Source of the DNA: Candidatus Marinacidobacterales bacterium
GTDB taxonomy: Bacteria; Acidobacteriota; Vicinamibacteria; Marinacidobacterales; SMYC01
Assembly (NCBI GenBank): GCA_965224085.1
Contig: CBDCYI010000011.1
Span: forward strand, 416,001-480,000
Direction: 5' to 3'
Length of the DNA: 64,000 bases
The notes below the pieces were generated by a model. The model did no database searches. It was not told the origin of the DNA and saw only the letters and a program-made list of their open reading frames with translations. Shown here piece by piece: positions 51,313-61,455 of the stretch. Numbering within the stretch: the first letter of the stretch is position 1; the number at the start of each line of letters is the position of its first letter. A program made the position numbers and the translations under genes.

Positions 51313-51831
51313 ATGATCGAGCGACTGTTGGTCCTGTTGACGTTGGGCGTTGGTCTCATCCAGCCACCGCTGGCTGGCAGAGAGTTGTCTGAAGACGAGG
51401 TACGCATGAAAGAGCAGTTGATCTCCTTGAGCCAGGGAGAGGCTTCTGTGGCGGATCTCCGCATTGAGCTGATGGACGGCAGCATGGTAGCGCATCGAAG
51501 CTATCTCATTGCCGATGGGAAGATCGTCAAGCGGGAATGGGATTCGCCTGGCTCACCAGAGCAGCATGACGAGTGGACCGTGACAGAGGATGAGGTTCGC
51601 GCGCTCCTTCGAGACCTGGTTGAAAAGCAGTACTGGACGTTCGAGGGAACGCGGTTCATTCCTGACAACACCGTGTTCCTGTTCCGTTTTTATTACAAGA
51701 ATCTAGAGCATGTCGATTATCGTTGTGATGTCGATGAGTACGAACCGTCTTCGCAACGCTCCGCGATCCGGTCGGCCTTTTTGACCTTCGTCTCACGTTC
51801 TTCGCCACCAGAGCAACCGGGTATGCGTTGA
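51313..51831 (+). CDS. Hypothetical secreted protein
   Basis: SD AGGAGG, hydrophobic N-terminus, 172 aa. Confidence 0.65.
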   Translation: MIERLLVLLTLGVGLIQPPLAGRELSEDEVRMKEQLISLSQGEASVADLRIELMDGSMVAHRSYLIADGKIVKREWDSPGSPEQHDEWTVTEDEVRALLRDLVEKQYWTFEGTRFIPDNTVFLFRFYYKNLEHVDYRCDVDEYEPSSQRSAIRSAFLTFVSRSSPPEQPGMR

Positions 51832-51862
51832 TCCGTAGCGGAGACAACCCGCCACGCCGCGC

Positions 51863-52189
51863 TCAAACGGCTCGCGGGGCGAGCTTACCGAGCTCCGCCT
51901 GCAGAAACGCTTTGACGCCCTCGCCGCCGGTGAAGTACAGCCAGGCGTTCGCTTCGCCTTCGACAACCAACGAGAACGCGAGGAACGGACAACAACGACG
52001 CTCGAAAGCGATGAACTCCGCGGCCATTCGGATCGTTTGCGCTTCGGGCAGAAGCTTCAACGCGTAACCGGAATCTAGCTCTCGAGTCTCTTGAATGGCA
52101 GCGACTAGCTCCGAGCGCAAAGTTTGATACTGTTCTCGCTCCTTCGGGCTGAATGCGTTCAAGTTGCAGGCGATCGGTACCGAGCTCAT
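51863..52189 (-). CDS. Small conserved-type protein with IAC and ERRCCPF motifs (possible metal binding)
   Basis: PIACNL...ELDSGY...FERRCCPFL. Confidence 0.7.
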   Translation of the reverse strand: MSSVPIACNLNAFSPKEREQYQTLRSELVAAIQETRELDSGYALKLLPEAQTIRMAAEFIAFERRCCPFLAFSLVVEGEANAWLYFTGGEGVKAFLQAELGKLAPRAV

Positions 52190-53098
52190 TTAGGATGCCT
52201 CGGTGAGCGCGAGGGTATCGTTCGATGCGCGGTAGGCGGCGAGAGCGAGGCCGCCCAACCCGAACACGACGGAAGCGACGAGCACGACGTTTCCAAGAAA
52301 GGGCATCCGCGTGAGAAGAATCAACAAAGTCAGCCCGAGCATGAGCTGAAAGAAGCCGTGATGCTCCACCCACGGAATCCGACTTCCCAGCCGCTCTCCG
52401 ACAAAGAGCGCTGTAGCGACGATACCGAGGACGAGTGCGACGCCGTAGAGGGGAAAGCCAGCGAGCGCCAACCACCATCCGCCGATGAGGACTCCGATCA
52501 TCAGAAGAATAGCGACGGTAACGGGTATCACCACGCTCAGTAACGCTCCCAGGCCGACGCTGGACCAGGGCGCGGCCCTCATCGCGTCTGCCGTAAGCCC
52601 TCGAAAGCGCGGAAGAAATGTTACGAAGAGAAGACCCAGGCCGATCGTCGGCACGAGATCTCGGAGCAAGGCGACGAGAAAGCCGCCGGCATCGGCGGAA
52701 GGCTCGGCGTCGTCGTAGCTCAGCTCACCACCAATCGAGCTGCCGTCACCGATCGTGAGCTCGCGCACGCTCGCGTTTACATCACCCTCTACGCGACCCT
52801 GAAGAGTGGCCGAGAGGGCGACCAAAAGCACATCACGGCCGACCCGAGATTCGGGTCCGAGACGAACGGTGGCGCCGGCACCCAGCAAGTCGTCACCCAC
52901 ATCGCCCGTCAGAACGATCTCCGAGCCACAGCGCCGGATGCTGCCGTGGACGGCACCTGACACGATCGTCCGGCCGCCGCCCCCCATCAGATCGCCGGAC
53001 ACGACGCCCGAGACCGTGACATTCCGGCCGAAGGCGAAGACATCTCCAAGGACGGTTCCTGCGATCTCGATGTTCTCGCCCACGACATAAAGGTCGTT
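52190..53098 (-). pseudogene. Polymer-forming (bactofilin-like) beta-helix + multi-TM protein, 5' end removed at the mobile-element junction
   Basis: Repeated G-x-V-x-G-D units then TM helices; the frame NDLYVVGE starts at the element end. Confidence 0.7.
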
Positions 53099-53595
53099 GA
53101 ACTAAGCCGCTCGCGCGGCGGCGGGACCTGCAAGCTCTCCCGAACTGGTGAGCCAAACTGGGGGCATTTTGCCTGCGCCTTTTTCGCCGCAGCCCATCGC
53201 CCTTCCAGGGAATCACGGCGCGCAGGTCGTGTCAAGGTTTCGCGCGCTTCGCGCGCCGGCTGCGCCGCCCTGGACACAACCTACGCGCCGTGATGCGAGT
53301 CACTATGGGCGATGGGCGGACGGGTGCCTCCGGCAGGGGCTCCGGACTCCGGGTTTTGCACGGCAAGCCAGCCGCGGTGAACTCACTCTCCTCTAACCCG
53401 TTTCCCTTGTTTTTCCGGGCCACGGGAGCCAGAAGGGATTAAGGAGGACGGCTTCGCCGTCGTCTTCATTCGTTCGATCTTCGCTCCGGACAACGAGTCC
53501 TGCGTTTCTCGGAACCGCTCTCTCACACATGGCATCATCCCTGTCCCCCGCGGGCGGCGATGGTCGTCGTCTGCTAAATCACTGGAGGAATAATC

Positions 53596-54456
53596 ATGGG
53601 ATGCCTTAGCGAAAAAATGCTTGCCGACATGAAACTGAAGGGGTTCGCACGCTCCACGCAGGAGGAGTATCTGCTGCGAGCGCGCCATTTCGCGGCACAT
53701 TACATGCGCTCACCCGCCGAGATGGGCGAGCCGGAGACCCGCGATTATCTGATTCATCTCGTTAACGAGAAGAAGGCCTCTCCGGCCAGCCACCACATGT
53801 ACGTCGCCTCTCTCAAGTTTCTCTACGCAACCACACTCAACCGCCCGGAGGAGGTGGCGAAGATTCCTTGGCCCAAGAAACCTCGCACGTTACCCGATAT
53901 CTTGAGCGGCGAGGAGGTCGATTGTTTGCTTCACTCCGTTAACTCCGTCAAACACCGCGCGATTCTCATGAGCGCCTACGGCGCCGGGCTGCGCGTTTCC
54001 GAGGTGTGCTGTCTGAAGCACTCCGACATCGACTCCAAACGCATGCTCTTGCACATTCGTCACGCCAAGAACTCCAAGGCCCGCTATGTCACGCTCAGCG
54101 AACGTTTGTTGAGCTTCCTGCGCTACTACTGGAAAACCACTCGCCCTCGCGGAGAGTACTTGTTTCCCGGCCGTAATCCTGGTGCCCACATCTCAGACGA
54201 TGGCGTTCGCTGGGCTCTTCGTAAGGCCGTGGCTGAGGCGGGGCTCACCAAACGTATCACTCCTCATTCGCTGCGCCACGGTTTTGCCACACATATGCTC
54301 GAACTGGGTGAAGACATTCGTACCGTGCAGCAACTGCTCGGTCATGCCTCCATCCAGACCACGGCCCGTTACACAAAGGTAACAGCAAAGCACTTGGGGC
54401 GCATCAAGAGCCCTCTCGATTTGCTGGGAACGAAGAAGGGCAAAAAGCTCGGCTAG
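53596..54456 (+). CDS. Tyrosine recombinase with SAM-like N-terminus
   Basis: GLRVSE, HSLRHGFATH, LLGH, TARY; SD GGAGG. Confidence 0.93.
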   Translation: MGCLSEKMLADMKLKGFARSTQEEYLLRARHFAAHYMRSPAEMGEPETRDYLIHLVNEKKASPASHHMYVASLKFLYATTLNRPEEVAKIPWPKKPRTLPDILSGEEVDCLLHSVNSVKHRAILMSAYGAGLRVSEVCCLKHSDIDSKRMLLHIRHAKNSKARYVTLSERLLSFLRYYWKTTRPRGEYLFPGRNPGAHISDDGVRWALRKAVAEAGLTKRITPHSLRHGFATHMLELGEDIRTVQQLLGHASIQTTARYTKVTAKHLGRIKSPLDLLGTKKGKKLG

Positions 54457-54462
54457 CTCATC

Positions 54463-55173
54463 ATGCAGCCCCATGGGCTGTGTCCTTCCCGCGTCGAGTC
54501 ACCACCACGGCCACTGCTCGAGATCGCGGAAATCTTCCGCGAACATGGTCCACGCTTTCGCCAAACCCATGCGCTGACAGCCGAGCAGCGCAAGGTGATG
54601 TGGGCTATAGAGAACTGTCGCACGGCGGTGCTAGGTGGCCATCTCGACGTGTGTAACGCTTGCGGATACGCGGCGCCTTCGTTTAACTCGTGCCGCAATC
54701 GGCACTGTCCCAAGTGTCAGAGCCTAGCCCAGGCGAAGTGGATGGAGCAGCGAGCTCAGAGGATTCTTCCGACTCACTATTTCCACGTCGTTTTCACCCT
54801 CCCGCAGCAACTCAAGCCTCTCGCCCGAGACAATCCCAAGTTCATGTTCAACCTCCTGTTTCGCGCCGCCTCGCGAACTCTATTGGAGTTCGGCCAAAGC
54901 CGGCTCGAAGCTCAACTTGCCTTCACCGCCGTACTGCACACCTGGACCCGGAAGCTCCTGTTCCATCCACACCTGCATTGCATCGTCTCCGGGGGCGGGC
55001 TCAACCACCCTCAGCAGCTGTGGAACGCCGCAAACCCTCGCTTTCTGTTTCCCGTCAAGGCCATGTCGCGGCTTTTTCGCAGCAAGTTTCTCGATGCCCT
55101 TAGGCTCGCTTACGACCAAGATGAGCTTGAGTTGAGCGCAAACGCTTCCCACCTCAGAAACCCACCTCGCTAG
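54463..55173 (+). pseudogene. IS91-family transposase, C-terminally truncated
   Basis: CRT..LGGH, CNAC, SCRNRHCPKC, HVVFTLP, HTW, HPHLHCIVSGGG; ends before the catalytic YxxxY region. Confidence 0.88.
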
Positions 55174-55437
55174 CAGTCTACGGGCCGGGGATCTGGGAAT
55201 CAAATGAGAGGCAGGTTTCTCGGTTTCTGCTGAATGGGCTTCTGTCGTGACGCCTGGCAGTGAGCCTTGCCTGGCCCATGCGAGACGAGAACTCAAGCGT
55301 GACGACAACCGGATCATCTGCGTGAAGGACGGCATCGTCGCTCGGCGCGACTCGAGCGATCGAGCCAGTTGAAGACGCGGCGAAATCTAGATACTATGCT
55401 TGAAGGGCGCCGATATAGGACTCGTCCTATTTGAGCT

Positions 55438-55878
55438 ATGAGTACACACCTGGGTCCAGAAGCGAGCTACGGTCAGAGAAGTAGCGAGACCAATGCTCCG
55501 GCGGAAAGCGACGAGCGCTGGCTCCCGCGGCGTTGCACGCTCGACGGCTTTCGCGAGGAGGCCGACGGTAGTGACGGGATGGACTTGAGCGAGCTGGAGC
55601 CTCTCACGCGGTTGAAGGTGCAGACGCACAATACCCTTTACAAATTGACCATCCTCAGTCCCTGGGAGGCGAAAGTCATTGTTCAGGGTGGACAGTTTTT
55701 CGCCGAGCCCGCCGAAGCAAACCTCTGCGGATCCAGCTACGGCGGCTGTATGCTCAAGACACGCTGGATCGGGCTCGGGATGCGGATGGAGATTTACGGC
55801 AAACAAGGACCCATCGTGACCTCACCGGTCCGCTCCGTGCAGACCGAAGACGATTCGTCGCTCCCCGGTCCTTTCTAG
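55438..55878 (+). CDS. Hypothetical protein
   Basis: 146 aa, beta-rich C-terminal domain (VQTHNTLY, VQGGQFF, GSSYGG, IVTSPV). Confidence 0.7.
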   Translation: MSTHLGPEASYGQRSSETNAPAESDERWLPRRCTLDGFREEADGSDGMDLSELEPLTRLKVQTHNTLYKLTILSPWEAKVIVQGGQFFAEPAEANLCGSSYGGCMLKTRWIGLGMRMEIYGKQGPIVTSPVRSVQTEDDSSLPGPF

Positions 55879-55899
55879 ATACCTTTCGGGCTTTCCATT

Positions 55900-56092
55900 G
55901 CCCTCTGGAAACGATCTTCGGTCGGTTCAGCGACGCTAGGACCTTCGCCTCGCGTTTGAATCGAGCGAGGCGCCCCGCGTCCTGGGCGAACTCATCACGC
56001 AGGACCTCGATCGCTACGTCCCGACCGAGCTTGGCATCCCGAGCGCGGTAGACTGCGCCCATCGCACCTTTGCCGATGGGCTCGCGCCTGGG
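55900..56092 (-). pseudogene. Ser/Thr kinase N-lobe remnant
   Basis: PIGKGAMGAVYRARDAKLGRDVAIEVL...RFKREAKVLASLNRPKI. Confidence 0.8.
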
Positions 56093-56093
56093 C

Positions 56094-57618
56094 CTAAGGC
56101 TGACTCGTCGGCGCCTCCATCGAGCTCTGCGAGTTCTCGATGAAGCTTTTGACATCCTCCTTGAACTTCCGAAGCATGTCGGGGTGGATGTACATCATGT
56201 GACCTGCTTCGTAGTAGCCCATGCCCACCCGTTCGCGATAGCTCGGCTCGTAGCCGAGGTGGTCGAAGGTCCGCTCCGTAGCGGCGAAGGGCGTTGCCAT
56301 GTCGTAGTAGCCGTTGGTGATGAACACGCGGAGATAAGGGTTGCGCGCCATCGTTCGGCGCAGCTCTTCCAGCAGGTTGAGATAGCGGTTTTGGAACTCG
56401 CCGTAGTCCCACGGCCGGACGTCGCCGCTCGTGAAGTACTGCTCGGCGCTCTCCCACCCGAGCTCGCGCCGCACATAGTTGTTGAAAACAGCCGTATAGG
56501 CTCCCTGGAGCGCAGTGTTCGACGGATCGAATTCCTGCCGCTCGCCCGCGGCGTCGCGATCGGTGGCGGTGAAGCGGCTGTCGAGGCGTCCTACCACCAG
56601 GCGTTGCTTCCGCAAGAGCTCTTTGCGGAAACGGGCCGGGCTGATACGTAAATTCGCTTGCTGGATGTACTCCGGTGACAATCCGGTATAGCGTGCCACC
56701 TTCCGGGCCATGTCGTCCCACTCCTGAGTCGTGAGCCGGTTCCCTTTGTTGAGCGCCACGAGATATTCGCCATAAGCAAAATCGCGAGCCTCGCGTACGG
56801 CTTTGTCGAAATCGGCCTGCAGGTCCGCCGGGAGCTTCTTGTGATACCAGGCCGTCACCGTGTAGGTCGGGAGAAATCCAGGAAATTGCAGATCGTTCGC
56901 GGCGCCGCCCCGAAGCGTGCTGAAGTCAATCACGGAAGAGACGAGGACGATCCCGTTGAGCTCGATGCCGTGGCGTGACTGGAGATGGGCGCCGACACCC
57001 GCCGAGCGGACGGTGCCGTAGCTCTCGCCGAGCAGGTATTTCGGCGATGACCAGCGTTCGAACTTCGTGATGTAGAGGCGGATGAACTCAGAGAACGCTT
57101 CGATGTCTTGACGGACTCCGTGGAACTGTTTGGGGTCTTCACCTTCGGCGGCGCGGCTGAAGCCGGTCGAGATCGCGTCGATCGCCACGATGTCCGTAGT
57201 GTCGAGAAGCGAGTGTTCGTTGTCGACGAGGCGGTAGGGAGGCGAGGGTTGGAAGCCTTCTGCTCCCATGTCGACGCGCTTCGGCCCGAGGACGCCCATG
57301 TGGAGCCAGATGGTGGCAGAGCCGGGACCGCCGTTATAGGCAAAGGTGATCGGCCGGGACGCCAGGTCCGTCGCGCGTGTAGGCGACGAAGAACATGTAC
57401 GCTTTCGGCTTGTCGTCCTCGTGGCGAAGCACGAGCCGGCCTGCCGTTGCCGTGTAGTTCACGTCGGCTCCGCCGATGCGAACGCTGTGAGATGAGCTCG
57501 AGAGTTGATCCTAGGCGGGGGCTGTCGGGCTCGGCGGCTCTGGCGCGTCTTGTTGTGCCGCGACGAGTTGCGCGCCGAGTATGGATGTCGCGACGAGAAG
57601 CAACATTGTGTGGTACAT
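56094..57618 (-). pseudogene. S10-family serine carboxypeptidase, 5' region frameshifted
   Basis: GESYG, GYYDMATPF, YEAGHMMY; signal peptide MYHTMLLL from 57618 is out of frame. Confidence 0.8.
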
Positions 57619-57644
57619 CGACTACCTCCGGAAAAACTGGACCG

Positions 57645-58264
57645 TTACTCGGAGCGATAATACACCGGCTTGGTTGGGAGTGCTTCGATCTCGACGAGCC
57701 GCCCGCTCCGGATGACGTGGCGTAGCTTCCGTATGTTCGTGATGTCCTCGAGCGGGCTTGCATCGAGAACGGCCCGCCCCAGCCGACGATGTTGCCCGCC
57801 ACGGCCATGCGCGAGCCGACCTCGTCCCCGCGGGCGATTTTGTCGCGTACCGTGATGAGAGGAGGCAAGACACCGTAGCTGTCGCGCACCGTGGTGACCC
57901 CGACCTTGAGATGGAGCTGCGAGGCTTCGAGAACGACGTCTTCCTGGCGATCGTGATAGCGGACGAGCGTCTCGTAGCGCTCCGGCGTGTGGCCGCCATA
58001 AAGCGAGAGGTGGACATTGGTGTCGATGAATCCAGGTGTAACGAACTTGCCGCTCCCATCGATTGCGCGCGCGTCGGAGGGGCGGCGGTGTCGCTGCGAC
58101 CAACCGCGGCGATGCGTTCTCCATCGATGATGATCGTTCCGCTCGCGATTGGCGCACCGCCGTTACCGTCGACGATGGTGGCGCCGACGATAGCGAGACG
58201 TTCTTGCCCGTAGGCGGTCCACGTCAATAGAAGCGCCGTACCAATCCAACCCATCCGTTTCATG
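57645..58264 (-). pseudogene. Secreted amidohydrolase, central part deleted
   Basis: GATIVDGNGG, PGFIDTNVH, GVTTVRD, GGPFS joined to VLDASPLEDITNIRK. Confidence 0.8.
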
Positions 58265-58547
58265 GCGTTCTCCTCGACAGCATTTTGCAGTGCGATCATA
58301 AAGGGATCGTCTGGTGAAGAGCCAGGGAACATGCTAGCGTGGTATGGGAGTGAGCGAGGCTCCGTAGGATCCTGAAGTACACTATTGGCTGTTTGGCGCA
58401 TGCGCCCTACCTCATCGCTGACGAAGAATCCGGCTCGGCGGTTGTCGTGAACCATAAGCCGGAAAAAGAGTACCCCATATGAAATTTTTCGAGAGGATCG
58501 AGAACCACGGCTCGAGCAAGTGGGACTTCAAGGACTGATTCGCAGGC

Positions 58548-60233
58548 GTGCTGCAGAAAGATCTTCTTGCCGGGCTGACCGTAGCCTTCGTCGCTTTGCC
58601 GCAGTGCATGGCATACGCGCTGCTCGCTGGCGTGGCGCCCCAATACGGGCTCTATGCCTTCATGGTGGCATCGATCGTGGGCTCGCTCGCGGGCTCGTCG
58701 CGTCACCTACAAACGGGGCCCACGAACGCAAGCTCCATCGTCGCCGCAAGCGCTCTGGCCGTCTATGCGGGACGCGAAGACTTCATGACTCTCGTGTTTC
58801 TCCTGACGCTTCTCTCTGGCCTGTTCCAGCTCCTTTTAGGGCTTCTCAAACTGGGAAACCTTACCCAGCTCGTTTCCAGCTCGGTGTTCCTCGGCTTCAC
58901 CAGCGGCGCCGGCGTTCTCATCGTCGCCAACCAGATTCCTAATCTTCTGGGCCTCCCGGCGAAAGGGAGCGTCTCGGTGATTGGTCAGATCGGCTACGTG
59001 GCTTCGGGCATTGCGGACACGAACCCAACGGTCCTTGCTCTCGGTTTGGGGACGTTCGTGATGGCCCTATTTCTCACCAAGGTAAGCCCAAAGTCGCGCG
59101 CGGGCGCTCCGCTTTTTCCGGCCTACCTATTGGCGATACTCGGTGCGGCGGGCGCGGTGGCCTTTGCCGGATTGCACGAGACCGGCGTCCGGGTGGTCGG
59201 TACCATTCCGGCGTCACTTCCACCGCTGAGCATGCCGGCGTTCAGCTGGGATCTCATCCAGACCCTCGCGCCCGGCGCGATTGCTCTGTCGTTCATCGGC
59301 CTCGCCGAAGCTTTTGCGAGCGCGAAGTCTGTCGCGAGTTTTTCCGGCGATCGCATCGACACCAACCGGGAGTTCGTTGGGCAAGGCATGGCCAAGATCG
59401 TTGTGGCCTTTTTCAGTGGGATTCCGGTATCGGGCTCGCTGACTCGAACCGCTCTCATGTACCAGGCGGGCGCCACGAGCAAGAAGGCGCACGTGTTCTC
59501 GGGCGTCTTGCTCGCCGGGCTCGTCGTAGCACTTGGGCCTGTCACTCGATACATACCCGTGGCCTCACTGGCCGGGATTCTCCTGATCATCGCCGCGAAG
59601 ATGGTCCGCTGGGAACACGTCAAATTGGCCCTCACCGCAACACGCTCCGACGCTCTTGCCTTCCTCGCGACGTTCGCCGCGGCGCTTCTGCTGCCCCTCG
59701 CGGATGCCATCTATGTCGGCGTGGGCGTGTCCCTCGCACTGTTTGTCAGAAGAGCGCGGGTCCCCCGTGTCGTGGAGCTCGTGTACGACGAAAAGAAAGG
59801 GTTTCGTGAGGTGACGGACGCCGCCCAGCGGCCGTGCCCCGAAGTAGCGATCGTCCACGTCGAGGGTCCCTTGTTCTTTGGCGCTGCCGACTATCTCGAA
59901 AAGAAGTGCTTGAAGGTGGCTTCTCGTCCGGAAGTGCAGGCGGTGATTCTGCGGCTCAAGCGAACGGCCGCCCTCGATTCCACGACGCTACTGGCGCTAG
60001 ACAACGTGAGCGCGGCGATGAAGCGCCAGGACAAGCTCCTCATCATCTCGGGCGCGACTCCAGAAGTGGCGGAGCTCTTGCACCGCGTCCATCTGGTCGA
60101 GGTGCTTGGCCCCGAGAACGTTTTCGTCGCGCACGCAACCATCCTCGAATCCACGAAGCAGGCGCTCGACCACGCGCTCGACTACGTAAAAGAGAAGAAG
60201 AGCACCGCACCTAGACAGCCGACCGAACCATGA
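58548..60233 (+). CDS. SulP/SLC26 anion transporter with STAS domain
   Basis: DLLAGLTVA..ALPQCMAYA, GLY, GSSRHLQTGP, NREFVGQG, EGPLFFGAA. Confidence 0.93.
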   Translation: MLQKDLLAGLTVAFVALPQCMAYALLAGVAPQYGLYAFMVASIVGSLAGSSRHLQTGPTNASSIVAASALAVYAGREDFMTLVFLLTLLSGLFQLLLGLLKLGNLTQLVSSSVFLGFTSGAGVLIVANQIPNLLGLPAKGSVSVIGQIGYVASGIADTNPTVLALGLGTFVMALFLTKVSPKSRAGAPLFPAYLLAILGAAGAVAFAGLHETGVRVVGTIPASLPPLSMPAFSWDLIQTLAPGAIALSFIGLAEAFASAKSVASFSGDRIDTNREFVGQGMAKIVVAFFSGIPVSGSLTRTALMYQAGATSKKAHVFSGVLLAGLVVALGPVTRYIPVASLAGILLIIAAKMVRWEHVKLALTATRSDALAFLATFAAALLLPLADAIYVGVGVSLALFVRRARVPRVVELVYDEKKGFREVTDAAQRPCPEVAIVHVEGPLFFGAADYLEKKCLKVASRPEVQAVILRLKRTAALDSTTLLALDNVSAAMKRQDKLLIISGATPEVAELLHRVHLVEVLGPENVFVAHATILESTKQALDHALDYVKEKKSTAPRQPTEP

Positions 60234-60340
60234 GACGAGGAATACGAGAACATGGAGCAGCGACGAAATGTAGCTCTTCCGCCCCGTAATCTCAAGTCGG
60301 AGAAGCAGGGTCCATGACTGCGCTCAGGAAAAGCGCTCCC

Positions 60341-60898
60341 TTAGCCACCGGTCGTCACGGGCTCCCCGTGAATGCTGTCATAGCCGAGCTTGACGCGCCG
60401 CCTGGGACCCGTGAGCGAATCGTAGACGTCGCACTGGCTGTAGGGCTTCGAGTATAAGTGCAAGCTTGCCGCGTGCTCGCCGAACTCCACCGGGTTCTCG
60501 ACCGTGTGGATCTCGGCCGGCCCGTCCAAGAAACCAGTAGCGCCGTCCATCGGCTCGCCGACGCGTTCGAGCCTCAAGGGCTCCTCGGAGAGAATACTGT
60601 AATTCGAGAATCGCAGTTTTCCGCGCTCGACGCGTGCCCAACAGAGCTCTCCCTCATGGCCATGAATGGGGGCGCCTTGGCCCAAAGCCCAGCAAACGAT
60701 GAGGAGCTCGAAGTCGTCATCTTTGTGGATGAGATGTCTAGTATAGCGGTCTTCACAATAGGACACGTATGGATCGAGGGCGGCCTCGTCCAAGAGAGTT
60801 TGCGTTAAATAAGCATCGACTTCTTCTTTCGGGAAGTTGCGACCCGCGAAAGACTTCAGATCGTTCAATAACTCCTCGACGGCCACGTGACGCTGCAT
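60341..60898 (-). CDS. Cysteine dioxygenase (cupin thiol dioxygenase)
   Basis: YTRH, CWALGQGAPIHGH...C, IHTVEN, SLHLYS. Confidence 0.88.
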   Translation of the reverse strand: MQRHVAVEELLNDLKSFAGRNFPKEEVDAYLTQTLLDEAALDPYVSYCEDRYTRHLIHKDDDFELLIVCWALGQGAPIHGHEGELCWARVERGKLRFSNYSILSEEPLRLERVGEPMDGATGFLDGPAEIHTVENPVEFGEHAASLHLYSKPYSQCDVYDSLTGPRRRVKLGYDSIHGEPVTTGG

Positions 60899-61455
60899 CT
60901 ACACTCCTATCTTTGTTGTCCAATCAAAAGAAATGGCGAAGCGGACATTTGGATCAAACGGCATTTGTGCGCGCATTGTCAAGGGCATAGGAGCAGTGCT
61001 ACTCGCACGATCATTGTGGAGTACGTAGAGCGAACGTTCGACAGGATCGTTCGCAGACTTCTATGAGCGGCCGGCTGGCCATGTGAGTGGCTGCCCGCCA
61101 TGCTTGGGCATGGAAAGAACCATTGTTCGCTGACCGTCTAGCGATTGACGTAAACACGATCGACCATCGCGCCGCCGACCAATTGAGGCTCGACGTCTGC
61201 AAGGAGGGCTTTGCGCGCCACGACGACTCCGGGGGAGCCTCGCATAGGTCTTATGTCCCGAGAATACGAGGAAGTCGAAGTCGCGCTCCCCGGGAGAATG
61301 GCCGCGCATTTGGATGGGCACGTGAGCTGTCATTCCCCCGCATTGGCCCGAAGGCCAGCCTTCCTGGTCAAATACGCTCACTTGAATCTTTACCAGGAGG
61401 ACCACGGGCGGTGAATGCTCGTTTTCGACTTCACGGGATGCTACAGTAACGATGT

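Larger units (their letters stand above)
53099..55173 (+). mobile_element. Tyrosine-recombinase + IS91-like rolling-circle element, right part truncated
   Basis: Left junction GAAC (GTTC on minus) plus hairpin GCCGC-TCGC-GCGGC, then integrase and HUH transposase. Confidence 0.75.

Noticed and set aside
53596-54456. Integron integrase with a cassette array
   Set aside because: At 286 aa it lacks an evident IntI-specific insertion, is coupled to an IS91-like gene, and no attC array was seen
55175-55380. Continuation or oriIS end of the IS91-like element
   Set aside because: No YxxxY segment or recognisable end; the sequence looks like unrelated debris (RIICVKDG, possibly an ABC ATPase tail)
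60990-61450. Short ORFs between the dioxygenase and Uma2
   Set aside because: No recognisable motifs in any frame; probably decayed coding DNA that I cannot assign
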